Source: Octopus sinensis (taxonomy: Eukaryota). Taken from it: DNA of 64,000 bases. The stretch is from positions 20,212,001 to 20,276,000 of the forward strand of contig NC_043015.1 of assembly GCF_006345805.1 (NCBI RefSeq), in the 5' to 3' direction. Numbering within the stretch: position 1 is the stretch's first letter; every line of letters starts with the position of its first letter. The notes under the pieces were generated by a model that was not told the origin of the DNA, ran no database searches, and saw only the letters and a list, made by a program, of their open reading frames with translations. Of this stretch, positions 12,655 to 25,798 are shown in pieces. The translations under genes and the position numbers were made by a program.

Positions 12655-13020
12655 TTTTCACTTGTTTCCGTCATTGGACTTTGGCCATGCTGGGGCACCG
12701 GCTTGAAAGGTTTCGAACAAATCGATCCCAGTATTTGTTAAGTATATAACTTATTCTGTCGGACACCTTTTACCGAACCGCTGTTTTGTCGGGGACGTAA
12801 ACAAACCAACACTAATTGTTAAGCTAAGGGGGAACAGACACCCACATAAGGAAAATCGACGGGCTTCCGCACAGTTTTCGTTTACCAAATTCTTTCATAG
12901 GGCATTGATCAGTCCGGGGCTTTTGTAGCTGGCACTTTCCCTAGGTACTGCGTAGTTGGATTGAACCCTAAAAGGTGTAGTTTCAAAACGAACGCCTTAA
13001 CCACACAGCTATGTCTGCGC
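12655..13020 (-). mobile_element. Diverged SINE family A copy
   Basis: cttgtttccgtcattggactttggccatgctggggcac...ttgaaccc. Confidence 0.75.
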
Positions 13021-14087
13021 CTACGCATGTATAGCGTTTAAGCTTTTGATTGAACTAGCGAATATGCTTTAGGTGTTCGATCTCGTTTGACTACATGCAA
13101 AAGAGGGAGGCTACATGGTTTTGTATTTATAGCTCCCTAATTGGTGGAAACCTTGTTGTTTTCCGCTGTAACACCAAACCACGTGACCACTCGCTTTTGC
13201 GTCTTCCAGGAGAACATACAAAATCGCGCCTGCTAAAACGTACTTGCGGGTTCAAATGATTACTCAGTTACTTTTTAGTCTAGATTTTTTTAACCAACCT
13301 CTATATCAGACTCGTGGCCCCTTTGATGGGTGGTGCACCCGACCACGATTATTTTATATGTATCGTACTTTATTTCCAATTGCTCCTAACGTTTGTTCAA
13401 CTGATTTAAAAATATTTTTCAATCACTGTCACCCCTTTTATCAAGCTGTTCCAAATGTTTACTTTTCATAAACCCCCTCCTTTTCTTGTTTGCATTTAGA
13501 GAAAAGAGGGGAGGAAGAGAAAAGAGTTTTATCATGTGCAATTGACAGTTGTGTTATCTATCCCTAGGTGAAGTGACGTCCGTCCTTCATATTTCTGAAA
13601 ATGACCTGGTTAGCAGATTTACTCTTTGAGGGCCTTGAGTTAGCTTATTTCGGCCAATTTCGGCATGAAATCTATGAATTACAGTGAGACTACGTAACAG
13701 CAGAGTCGGGTCCCGGCGGATCCCTTGCATTCCGTGTAGCCCTCTTCTCTTTAGTTTCTCTAATCATTTCTGTTTCTGAGTACTGTACTCTAGAATACAC
13801 AACACTACGTCACAGTGAGCAATCTCGAGTGTGACGTTCCCAAGTTGACTGTTCTAAGTTACACTATTTCAAGGTCGTCTTGAGAAGGTCTTTTGCATCA
13901 CCCCTTTGGTTCACCACGTGACCGAGAGTCAAGTGCTTATTCATGTTTAGATAGAGATGTTATGTATTGCGCCCGAAAGCTGACCACCGTGGTATTTGAA
14001 CTCAGAGTGCAAAGAGCTGGAACAGACACCTCAAGGCAATCTACCCAACTTCCTAACCATGCTGTCAATTTGCAGCACCACATGTAA

Positions 14088-14119
<32 letters not shown>

Positions 14120-14121
14120 GT

Positions 14122-14495
14122 ACTGGGAGAATAAGAACGGAACGAAGCGATTACTACACAAGGAAAAATCCCCTTCATCTTCTCGTATTGTATTTTCTTG
14201 TACATGTATTTTTATCTTGTATTTTATTTTGTAGTTTTATTTGTATCGTTTTTACGTCCTGTTTGTGTTACATTTTTTTCTTGTTTGTTTTTACCCCTCT
14301 GCGAGGTAATTTTATTTTAATTCTCTCGCGGGAAGGACTAATTTGGCGAGTCGTGTTCTGTCTTGCCTTCGAAACACGCTGGAGTCGAACTAGTGACAGC
14401 TGATGAAGGGGATTTTTCCTTGTGTAGTATGTCCTGTACTCTGTTTTTCTGTTGTAAAAAAATGTTTTTTCCGTTTTCGTTTCTCGTTGAGTTCT
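14122..14495 (+). mobile_element. Penelope-like pseudo-LTR remnant with an inverted terminal segment
   Basis: 28-bp perfect inverted repeat 14152-14179 / 14402-14429, plus hammerhead core motifs. Confidence 0.55.
14352..14411 (+). ncRNA. Candidate hammerhead ribozyme with non-circularly permuted strand order
   Basis: CUGAUGA 14400-14406; GAAA 14371-14374; helix III CGUGU/ACACG; GUU triplet; helix I CUGUC/GACAG; helix II GGGG/CUUC. Confidence 0.6.
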
Positions 14496-14609
14496 ACGTC
14501 TAGTGGTGTCCTGTAATCACGTATATATATTTATATATGCATGTATATATACATGTAGATGTAGGTACGTACATATATGTTTGTATGTATGCATATATTT
14601 TATTTATTA

Positions 14610-14677
<68 letters not shown>

Positions 14678-15378
14678 TGACACTGGAAAACCCCAAATGT
14701 TATGTAATGAACTTCATCGGCTTACAGCTGTTTCTGCTTTTAGATGTGGTGGACTCTTAGTTGAGTACCAGGATATGATCCTATAACTTCATTGGAGCCT
14801 TGAATATGAAGTGCACTTTATTTGGGGGAACTACATTTCAGAACAGGCGTCGTGAGAGATAAAGTTTACGTTGATGGATATAGAAAGCAATATTTAACGA
14901 ATGTGACACGGGTCTTCCAATTACGACGAAAACGTCTGGCAATTATATAGATGAAGTTTTGTGTAAATTAATGAAAAACAATAATTAATTGCTTATTAAC
15001 ATGGCTATTTATTAAGCTGATTATAATATTAATCGTTACAATATATAAAGATATATGCAGCTGTGTCGAATAGTGTACGTGTACACAGATTGTTATTTGT
15101 TGATGCAGTGAATATCGTGGAATATTACTTAGTAATTTTGTTTCATCTCTGTGATTGCTAGGGAAGAAAAACCATTGTAAAAGGAATGTCTGCAACTTGA
15201 GACAACAAGGAGTCTACCTTCGCACACTTTAATGAACAGAGTTGTTGATTAAAGAGTTATTGTGATACTAGCAGAGTTGTTGTGATACTGACGGGAGTTG
15301 CTGTCTGTCCAGAGATGATTGACCCAAAAAGGGGAAGACGGCTATTTGCTTGTGCTTTTATAACTTGCTGACTGAAGT

Positions 15379-15545
15379 CGGTCGAGCGAAAAATAGGATT
15401 ATTCGTCTCTAGTTTGAGAGGTCTGAGAGGTCACCCAATTCTCATTAATCTCTCATTGCAGAAAAGCTAAAACAGCGAGTCGAAAACTTGTTTGACAATG
15501 TGGATTCCGTTTCGAATCGTAGCTTATCTATTCTATAGCTGTTTG

Positions 15546-15638
<93 letters not shown>

Positions 15639-15874
15639 AATGCAAAAACTAATTTCTGTGTGTCAGTGTGCCGCACTTTGATTCCCTCTCTCACTATTCA
15701 ATGACACTTCTATTATTCCTCGTGCTGGGGTGAGAGTAATAGTAGGGATAAAGACGGCGAGGGTGGTGGCGAAGAGAAAGAGAGACAAAGAAATTTAGGG
15801 TGAGTTGACGATGTTTTATTAAGAGTAGTAGTGTTGATGGTGGCAGTGGGAATAATAATAAGAGATAGATAGAT

Positions 15875-15942
<68 letters not shown>

Positions 15943-16077
15943 TGGGTATGTGAGAGAAACAGGGACTGAACACTGAACCGGCATGCTGAACCTACACGGG
16001 CTGATAGTAATAGTATGAGCTGTAGTTGTGATAGAGATGGAGGCATCGGTGATGGTGGTGGCAGCCGAGGCGGTCAG
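15379..16077. repeat. Segment X, copy 1 (duplicated at 16922-17588)
   Basis: Colinear near-identity with small indels. Confidence 0.9.
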
Positions 16078-16224
16078 AAAGAGAAGGAAGTAGACGAAAG
16101 AAGAAATGTGGTTGAGAAAAAGAGGCAACGAAGAAAAATAAAAATCTGTGTGTATGTATGTATGTATGCATGCATGTATGTATGTATGTATGTATGTATG
16201 TATGTATGTATGTATGTATGTATG

Positions 16225-16255
<31 letters not shown>

Positions 16256-16434
16256 TCGTGTGTGTGTGTGTATGCATGAATATGTTGAAATATTTTTGAC
16301 CAATTCAACAGGGTCAAATAAATTATGCGTGATTTTGAAGACTCCATCATTGATGTGGCTGAAAATCCATTCTTTGGCAAGATTTATAAAAGCCAGTTAG
16401 ATCAGAGAGAGAGAGAGGGAGTGAGAGAGAGAGA

Positions 16435-16465
<31 letters not shown>

Positions 16466-16865
16466 GGGGAGAGATACTCACACATGCATGCACACACACA
16501 CACACGTTCTCTTGCGCACACATGGATAATCCCTCAAACACGCATAGACTTGCACACACCATTCACTCTGTCTCCCTCTCACACACACACAACAGACACG
16601 CACACACACACACACACACACACCCAAATCAACTATTCCTTGACAACAAGAAGTTATGTTGATCTAAGATCGATCCTCTCAGAATAGTGGTTGGAAATCA
16701 ATTTTCTGGATGGAGCAACATGTCCTTCGTACGAACATCTCTTCCAACAACTGGAGAGATAGCTTCAAGGCTCCAGGAACGTTGATTAAGTTTTCTAATC
16801 TTTGCCTTTCAACGACATCTCCCCTCTCTCTCTCTCTATCTCTCTAATATATATATATATATTAT

Positions 16866-16912
<47 letters not shown>
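16076..16912. repeat. Segment Y, copy 2
   Basis: Matches 8155-8895. Confidence 0.9.
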
Positions 16913-16914
<2 letters not shown>

Positions 16915-16921
16915 TATTTTT

Positions 16922-17384
16922 CGGTCGAGCGAAAAATAGGATTATTCGTCTCTAGTTTGAGCCGTAAATTCCCCGGAAATGTCTGAGAGGTCAGCCAATT
17001 CTCATTAATCTCTCATTGCAGAAAAGCTAAAACAGCGAGTCGAAAACTTGTTTGACAATGTGGATTCCGTTTCGAATCGTAGCTTATCTATTCTATAGCT
17101 GTTTGTTATATATATAATATATATATAATATATATATATAATATATATATATAATCTCATATAATAAATGCAAAAACTAATTTCTTTGTGTCAGTGTGTC
17201 ACACTTTGATTCCCTCTCTCACTATTCAATGACACTTCTACTATTCCTCGTGCTGGGGTGAGAGTAATAGTGGAGATAAAGACGGCGAGGGTGGTGGCGA
17301 AGAGAAAGAGAGACAAAGAAATTTAGGGTGAGTTGACGATGTTTTATTAAGAGTAGTAGTGTTGATGGTGGCAGTGGGAATAAT

Positions 17385-17422
<38 letters not shown>

Positions 17423-17588
17423 TGAGAGAAAGAGTGGGTATGTGAGAGAAAGAGGGAATGAACACTGAACCAGCATGCTGAACTTACACACTGAACACTG
17501 ATGGTAACGGGCTGATAGTAATAGTATGAACTGTAGTTGTGATAGAGACGGAGGCATCGGTGATGGTGGTGGTAGCCGAGGCGGTCAG
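16922..17588. repeat. Segment X, copy 2
   Basis: Matches 15379-16077. Confidence 0.9.
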
Positions 17589-17993
17589 GGATGATGGTGA
17601 GAGTAAGCGATGGGAAAGACAGAGGTGATGGTGGTGGCGGGTAAGGCGGCGAAGTCAAAGGTATTGATGGTGGTGGTGCTAGAAGTCTGAATGGTGTATA
17701 TGGCAGATGTGGTGACGATGGTGGTGGTACTGTTGTTTATCATGCAGCTTTGCAATGAGTTCCAAGTCGATAAATTATATCATTGTTCTGATGAAAATTG
17801 TTCATGGCTTGAAAAATATTGGTCAAGTTTAATAAAGTTTCATATGTACTCAGTGCACGAATGTCATTGTTGGGTCCAAGGCCCAATGAAGAACCATCCA
17901 CAGGAGCTAGCTAAAAGACGCGCGATAGGGCGGCTTTTAGACTTCATTTCCTTTTTTATATATCACAACTCGTGTTACACATCTCCTTTTTTA

Positions 17994-18051
<58 letters not shown>

Positions 18052-18348
18052 AAAAAGGAGATGTGGAACACGAGTTGTGATATGTAAAAAAAGGAAATGA
18101 AGAAAATGCTGACAAAATAATTTAAGTAAGGGAGAGTGTATTTAATTAGGTGAAAGTTCTTTTTACCGGTTGCGCATTTGTTATGCTTATCAAAAGATAT
18201 TTTTTAAAGAGAGATAGAGTTCCTTTCTGATAGATTTTTTTCTCTTATCTGACTTTATGTTGGGTTTGCTGTCTCTTATATATATATGTATTTATATATA
18301 TATATATATATATATATGTATTTATATATATGTATATATATATATATA

Positions 18349-18421
<73 letters not shown>

Positions 18422-18506
18422 CACACACACACACACAATATATATATATATATATGTACACACACACACACACACACACATAGATATATATATATACACA
18501 CACACA

Positions 18507-19138
18507 CGAAATGTCGAACGATGAAAATGAGTGCTCCACACTGCGTTGGTGGATAAAGTTTCTTTATTTGTGTATTAAAGCTACCATTGGTTTCATGTTA
18601 AGAAAAATATATTCACATGGACTCTGCCGTCGTAGGCGACGAATGAGGATTCTGCAGTTTGTTACTGAACAACCGCATAAATTTATTTATAGTGATCAAA
18701 TGTTTCTATTGCACTTAAGTTCGCTCCTTCCATCTATCGACATTATCTGTGCAGGTGCACAACGTGCCACATGTCACAGTGAAATGAAGTGCTTTGCTCA
18801 AGAACACAACGCAACACCCGGCCTGGGAATCGAAACCGCGATCTCGTAAATCGTGAGTGAACACCCTAACTACTAAGCCATGCACCTTCCCTCGCCCCCC
18901 TCTCTCTCCAGTTAAAAATAATTTAAAACTAACGATGTATATTAATGACTCATCAAATATAATATGATGTAGCATTTATTTTTATAAATGGTCGAAATTT
19001 CTGCACAAAATCTTGGCTGGAAGAGCAGTTACGTAATTCAAAATATTCCCCACCCAACGTACTTTAGTGTGTGTGTGTGTGCGCGCACAACACACACACA
19101 CACACACCACACACACATATATATATATATATATATGT

Positions 19139-19175
<37 letters not shown>

Positions 19176-19778
19176 CACACACACACGAAATGTCGAACGA
19201 TGAAAATGAGTGCTCCACACTGCGTTGGTGGATAAAGTTTCTTTATTTGTGTATTAAAGCTACCATTGGTTTCATGTTAAGAAAAATATATTCACATGGA
19301 CTCTGCCGTCGTAGGCGACGAATGAGGATTCTGCAGTTTGTTACTGAACAACCGCATAAATTTATTTATAGTGATCAAATGTTTCTATTGCACTTAAGTT
19401 CGCTCCTTCCATCATATCGACATTATCTGTGCAGGTGCACAACGTGCCACATGTCACAGTGAAATGAAGTGCTTTGCTCAAGAACACAACGCAACACCCG
19501 GCCTGGGAATCGAAACCGCGATCTCGTAAATCGTGAGTGAAACACCCTAACTACTAAGCCATGCACCTTCCCTCGCCCCCCTCTCTCTCCAGTAAAAATA
19601 ATTTAAAACTAACGATGTATATTAAATGACTCATCAAATATAATATGATGTAGCATTTATTTTTATAAATGGTCGAAATTTCTGCACAAAATCTTGGCTG
19701 GAAGAGCAGTTACGTAATTCAAAATATTCCCCACCCAACGTACTTTAGTGTGTGTGTGTGTGCGCGCACAAACACACA

Positions 19779-19809
<31 letters not shown>

Positions 19810-19843
19810 CACCACACACACACACATATATATATATATATGT

Positions 19844-19880
<37 letters not shown>

Positions 19881-20482
19881 CACACACACACGAAATGTCG
19901 AACGATGAAAATGAGTGCTCCACACTGCGTTGGTGGATAAAGTTTCTTTATTTGTGTATTAAAGCTACCATTGGTTTCATGTTAAGAAAAATATATTCAC
20001 ATGGACTCTGCCGTCGTAGGCGACGAATGAGGATTCTGCAGTTTGTTACTGAACAACCGCATAAATTTATTTATAGTGATCAAATGTTTCTATTGCACTT
20101 AAGTTCGCTCCTTCCATCATATCGACATTATCTGTGCAGGTGCACAACGTGCCACATGTCACAGTGAAATGAAGTGCTTTGCTCAAGAACACAACGCAAC
20201 ACCCGGCCTGGGAATCGAAACCGCGATCTCGTAAATCGTGAGTGAAACACCCTAACTACTAAGCCATGCACCTTCCCTCGCCCCCCTCTCTCTCCAGTAA
20301 AAATAATTTAAAACTAACGATGTATATTAAATGACTCATCAAATATAATATGATGTAGCATTTATTTTTATAAATGGTCGAAATTTCTGCACAAAATCTT
20401 GGCTGGAAGAGCAGTTACGTAATTCAAAATATTCCCCACCCAACGTACTTTAGTGTGTGTGTGTGTGCGCGCACAACACACA

Positions 20483-20520
<38 letters not shown>
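18507..20520. repeat. Tandem triplication of a 680-705-bp unit containing a minus-strand family C SINE head
   Basis: cgaaatgtcgaacg recurs at 18507, 19186 and 19891. Confidence 0.93.
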
Positions 20521-20523
<3 letters not shown>

Positions 20524-20683
20524 CTTTCAGAAATCAAATACGCATAGTAATAAACAATATATATAGATACATACACCCACATACTTTAGACTATAATATT
20601 TAGGATATATGTGTATACATATACACACACATACTTTGGAATGTAATATAACATTACACACACACACACTTTGGAATACAACG

Positions 20684-20914
20684 CAGTAATCCCTTGCCAT
20701 ATCGCGGTTCACTTATCGCGGTTTATTATTTAAGCTTACATCGATTCCTCCGTGGTGTTGTTTTGCATTTATGATAAAATAAATAGATACAAATTATGAA
20801 AAAAAAATATTATATACATTACAGCACTGTTTCTACTTTGCAGATTTTCACCTGTCGTGGTGGAGGTGGGGGGCGTGTTTGGAACGTAACCCTCGCGATA
20901 GTCGCGGACTACTA
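20684..20914. mobile_element. Tigger/pogo-like MITE
   Basis: Ends CAGTAATCCCTTGCCATATCGCGG ... CCTCGCGATAGTCGCGGACTACTA followed by TA. Confidence 0.7.
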
Positions 20915-20973
20915 TACACACACACACATACACATAACACACATATATACACACATAAGCACGCATACTTTGA

Positions 20974-21016
<43 letters not shown>

Positions 21017-21109
21017 CCACATATTTTTGAATATAATATATGTACACACACACACATACTTTGGAATATATATGTATATTTCTATATACACACGCATACT
21101 TTAGAATAT

Positions 21110-21208
<99 letters not shown>

Positions 21209-21989
21209 CATACATACATACATACATACATACACGCACACACGTTAGAAAGTACACACACATACGTATACACGCACAAACGTTAGAATACATACACACA
21301 TATATACTCGCGCGCGCATACACCTTCGGATATAGTCATATACGCACGCACGTTAGAGCAGTAAACAGATGCAGAAATACTAGTAGATACCCACAGCCAC
21401 ATACATGCACAAACTTGAGAAAATATCCACCTACACACACACACACACACACACGTATATAGTAGATAGACTGATAGTTCTTCATGCAAAATCTATGATG
21501 GTAGAACAGTTACACATAGAAACATTCTAGATTCACCTCCACCACCACACAAAGGCCAGCCGATTGATTGGTAACTCTTCATCGATCATTCAATACACAA
21601 TATCCACTGTAAAGGTGGTGAACTGACTTTAATTCGTTAGACCGTTGCATAGAGTTGCTTGTCGATGTTCATATAGGTTCCTTGCTTCCTGAGTTCAAGA
21701 CCGGCCGAGGTCTTCACTTCGCCTTTTATTATTCTCGGGTCGATAAATATACGATCGATCCAGTGTTAGACTCGGTGTTTCTATCCTTGTCTTTCGATTG
21801 AACCTCTAATTCAAAGGTCGAGTTATGTCGCAATGTTGAGGCACGTTGATTCGGATTGAGAATTACGTTATGAGAATTAAGTATTCTAAAGGTCTCTATG
21901 ATACTCAGCGATTGTAATAGATCAACTAAGAATGCGATTGACCGGACAACTTACCTCAGGCCTTCTATGATAAAGACCAAAGTTATTAT

Positions 21990-22455
21990 TTCTAATTTTG
22001 GCGGAAGGTCAGCAACTTTAGAAAAAAATAAGGGGTTAAGTTGATTACACGGATCTCAGTGCTTGACTGGTATTTATTTTACCGTCTCCGAAAGCATGAA
22101 AAGCATAATTGATGTCGGCGGATTAGAACTCAGAACGTACAGAGCCAGATGAAATGCTGCTAAGCATTCTAAGCATATTGTCTGACGCGCCAATGATTCT
22201 GCTGGTTCGCCGCATTTATAATAATAGTAATGATGATGATGATGTTTTTAATTTTGGTACGAGGCCAGTAGTTGTAGGGGTGGAGAGGAAATTAATCAAT
22301 TATATTGTCCCCTCTAATGTACTTTATTTCCTCGACCCTGACAGACGAAAGGAAAAGTTGACCATGGCGGGATTTGAACCCAGAATGTAAAGAGCCGTAA
22401 TATATGTCGGAAGACATTTTCCTGTCATTGTAACGATTGTGCCACTTTAGCACCC
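21990..22455 (-). mobile_element. Two degenerate family B SINE copies
   Basis: Reverse-complement family B cores (gaactcagaacgt; tttgaacccagaatgt). Confidence 0.65.
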
Positions 22456-22529
22456 TTGTTTTTAATTTAAGCACAAGGCTAACAACTTTGAGGGGAAGCG
22501 ATTAGTCAGCATCATCAATCCCCCCTGTC

Positions 22530-22735
22530 TTAACTAACCTTATAGAACAGCATTCCCACCTCGTTTCGAACCCATCGCTCCTTTTTCACATTGACTATTT
22601 CTCTTCCTCTATACTTCTCTCTTGATTCTGAAAAAGGATTATAGACCGAAACGTTAAAACATTTTCCCAGTAAAGCGTTGAACTAATATCTTAATGTCAA
22701 ACTTTGCTCCCCACCCTGTTCATTTGATCATTGTG
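22530..22735 (+). mobile_element. Penelope-like pseudo-LTR fragment with an inactivated hammerhead motif
   Basis: CTGAAAA-A-GG..CC-GAAACGTT at 22628-22655; G8 is mutated to A. Confidence 0.5.
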
Positions 22736-22837
22736 AAGGCGTGTGGTTTAGTTGTTACGGATCGTAGGGTCGTGAATTCGATTCCCGGCGGAATGTTGTG
22801 TCCTTGAACAAGACACTTTGTTTCACGTTATTAAAGA

Positions 22838-23012
22838 ACGAACCAATTTCGACATCAAATGGAAATTCCTTTCCAAAACCAAACCCTATAGCAACCGGTC
22901 AAAAGGATATTGTAAATGTTCTCTCGAGAAATTATATCTCTTAAAGAACTTAATGACTTCTAACGGTTACGTAAATTCCAGAAACGAGATTTCTTTTTTG
23001 TCTTCATTTTAA
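22838..23012 (+). pseudogene. Penelope-like element C-terminal (GIY-YIG-region) coding remnant
   Basis: DIKWKFLSKTKPYSNRSKGYCKCSLEKLYLL...NSRNE resembles the recalled PLE C-terminal pattern I.W.IL.K...Y......C.LC..EK..I....LN.R.E. Confidence 0.6.
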
Positions 23013-23589
23013 GAAGCACATCATGGCTGAATAAAAATTAGGTCACCGGATACATCGTAAACCATTAATATCTTGTTTATTTTCTTTTTGACATTTGTGT
23101 ATTGTAACGTTGGTTATCTCCCTTGTGTTTTTTCTTTCTGTCTTCTTCCTCATGAGCGTTCCTTGTTCAAAAGGTCATCTGCTTTAAAGGCAATCGATGT
23201 CAGTGTCTTTTCCTCACCTTGAAAAACGACGAAATAAATTAGTGTTTCGGCCACGAAACCCTGGACAGTTGTATTTCACAAGACTTGTGGTTTACATTAT
23301 AACACTAACTTTACTTTCTTAGCTGATCGAATGCGATCCTTCTTGTTGAAGCCTTACTACATAATTATATATATATATATATATCTAATGTATGTATTAT
23401 CGATCTCGATGAAACAAGAGTAAATTTATGTAATAAAACAACTTACTCGCTCCATTCTACTTGTTAATAATTATATAAACTCTGTAGATATGGATTTTCG
23501 GAAATATGATCTGTAAAACGATCGGCTGTATTTGACAGGCTGCACCCGTTGCTGAGCTTAATAAATTCCAGAATGAAATTGATATATAT

Positions 23590-23772
23590 GTATGTTTGTG
23601 TTTGTCCCCACCCCCATCCCTGCTGTTAGTTTACGTCTCCGTAACTTAGAGACACGGTAACGGGTACCGATAGAATTTAGTACCAGACTTCAAAAAATTC
23701 ATGGGGACGATTTGAAGGTGGTGCTTCAGCATGGCTGCAGTCCAATGACTGAAACTAGTGAAAGCTAAAAGA
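23590..23772 (+). mobile_element. SINE family A 3' half
   Basis: gtttacgtctccgtaacttag...cagcatggctgcagtccaatgactgaaac. Confidence 0.75.
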
Positions 23773-24129
23773 TTGAATTTGTCTAAATACACTTTTTTCT
23801 GAAAAGGTAAGACGGGTCGGTCACGGATAGAACTCTTTGACCATAGGTGAATTTGATCACCGCTGACCTAGGGTTAAATAACAACAGCAATAACCACAAT
23901 TCCCTTCTATACGATAGCCACCTAAAGTTGATTAAATGTGGTACATGAGAATTCTGTCTGCATCATTTCTGTTTTTTTTTTCTGTCTGTGCTATGAATAT
24001 TTTACAGTTGAAGTATGTAAATCATATTTTTGTCTTCCATATTCTACCTATCACCCAGCCTGTGTAAAAAACGAACGTATACTCATGAATGCGTGCATAT
24101 ATACTCATGTGGTATGTCTGTTTTTGAGT

Positions 24130-24460
24130 GTGACGATCGGTTGTATCTGATCGTTCTTTTGTGTTGCCGATAAAGTGTGGAGAAGCAGACGGTAGATTTG
24201 GTAGGTGCTGCTTCGAAATCAGTTATTTTGGAGCCAGGACTTTTGGTGATTGAAGTCGGAGTGGAGTATTTGAACAGCACAGTGCCTGGGAGAGGTTGGT
24301 GGAAGAATAGGAGTGGTGTCATCTGCATATGAAGACTGTTGTACGTTCTGTAGAGGTGTGGGAAGGTCGTGTCTAAGTAGGTATATGTTATATAAAGAGT
24401 TTGACCAGCTATCATACGTGCTATAAGCCTGATCGATCGCGGTTGGGTGGGGAGATACAC
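24130..24460 (-). pseudogene. Degenerate LINE reverse-transcriptase fragment (I/Jockey-group-like)
   Basis: Minus strand has TCA TAT GCA GAT GAC ACC ACT (SYADDTT) and downstream APTKSTVCF across a frameshift. Confidence 0.5.
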
Positions 24461-25722
24461 AATAGCAACAATAATATCAGGAACATCAACAACAACAGCA
24501 GCAGCAGTAGCAACATCTTTAAATAAAGCAGCAGTAACAACAAGTAGCAGAAAATAGGAGTAACTACAACATTAACTGCAACAGCTGTAACAGTTACAAG
24601 AAAACAAACTAATAATAGAAATAAGATGGTCGTCTGCTTAAATAAGAAATCAATATTAAAAAATAAGACAATAAATAAATGATACAAAATGGGGGAAAAA
24701 TTAACTTTCTTGGCTGAGAGAAGTTGTAGGCATAGAAAATAATATGGAATTGAGCAAAATTGAACGAATATGAAAAAATTGGACGAAATGGAAGAAAATT
24801 GAACGCATGTGAAAAAAGAACAAACAAAATGGACGAAAGTAAAGTAAATGGAATTGATTAAAAGTATTTTCAGTTATTTTGTGCGAAAAAGAGAAGCAAT
24901 GATTGTTGTAGATAAGATTGAAGGAATGTGGAAACTAATGAACACAACAGGAAGAAAATGAACAGCATTGAGCAAAAATAGCTGTATGGTTAAAAAGTTT
25001 GCTCTAAAACTACGTGATTTCAGGTTCGATCCTACTGTGTTGCACCTTTTAATAAGTGCATTTTCTATAAATTTCAGCTGATCAATACCACGTGAATGAA
25101 ATTTAATAGACGGAAACTGTGCGGAATCCCGTCGATTTTGTATGTATGTGTGAAGGAAATCGGTTCAGTAAAGAGGAAGACCATTGATTGTTCAACAGTT
25201 GCAAAATAAACAATTTTGTTTTCAGCCCGACTGATGATCTGCGGCTTTTACCACAGCTATCATATAAACGTCTCCTTTCAGTTAAATGCAATGCAGAATT
25301 ATGATATTTGGCATTGTGTACGGACATGTCTTTTCAAATCACCAAAGTCTTCGTGTGAGTGTGCTTACGTTTCTGTCTCTTTACTCATGACTGCGCTAAC
25401 ACTGCTCGAAAAATGTTTTTGATGTCCTGAAGAGCCTGATAAGTACCAAACTTTAAAATAATTACTCGGGGGGCAGATATTAATCGATTAACTCTTGAAG
25501 GCGGCGCTTCATCACGGACGTAATTCTAGAGTAAAAAAAGTAAATCTGTGATCTAGTCTGAATAAAAGTGATTGAGATTGAACGAAATGAAATCTAAGGA
25601 AGAAAAATATATATTGATAAAAGAAGCATTAGAAAAAGGGTTAATAAGAGGATAGAAAAACACAAGGAAGATTGAGAGAAAATAAGGGAATACCAACCAT
25701 TATTTCGTAGACGTGCTTTCAT

Positions 25723-25723
<1 letters not shown>

Positions 25724-25798
<75 letters not shown>

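Noticed and set aside
17500-17760. Gly-rich (+) or Thr-rich (-) mucin-like ORF
   Set aside because: Interrupted by stops and frameshifts; consistent with decayed GGT/GAT trinucleotide sequence
23140-23270. CTCATGAG ... CGAAACCCTGG as a hammerhead
   Set aside because: Core mutated and helices I-III cannot be paired convincingly
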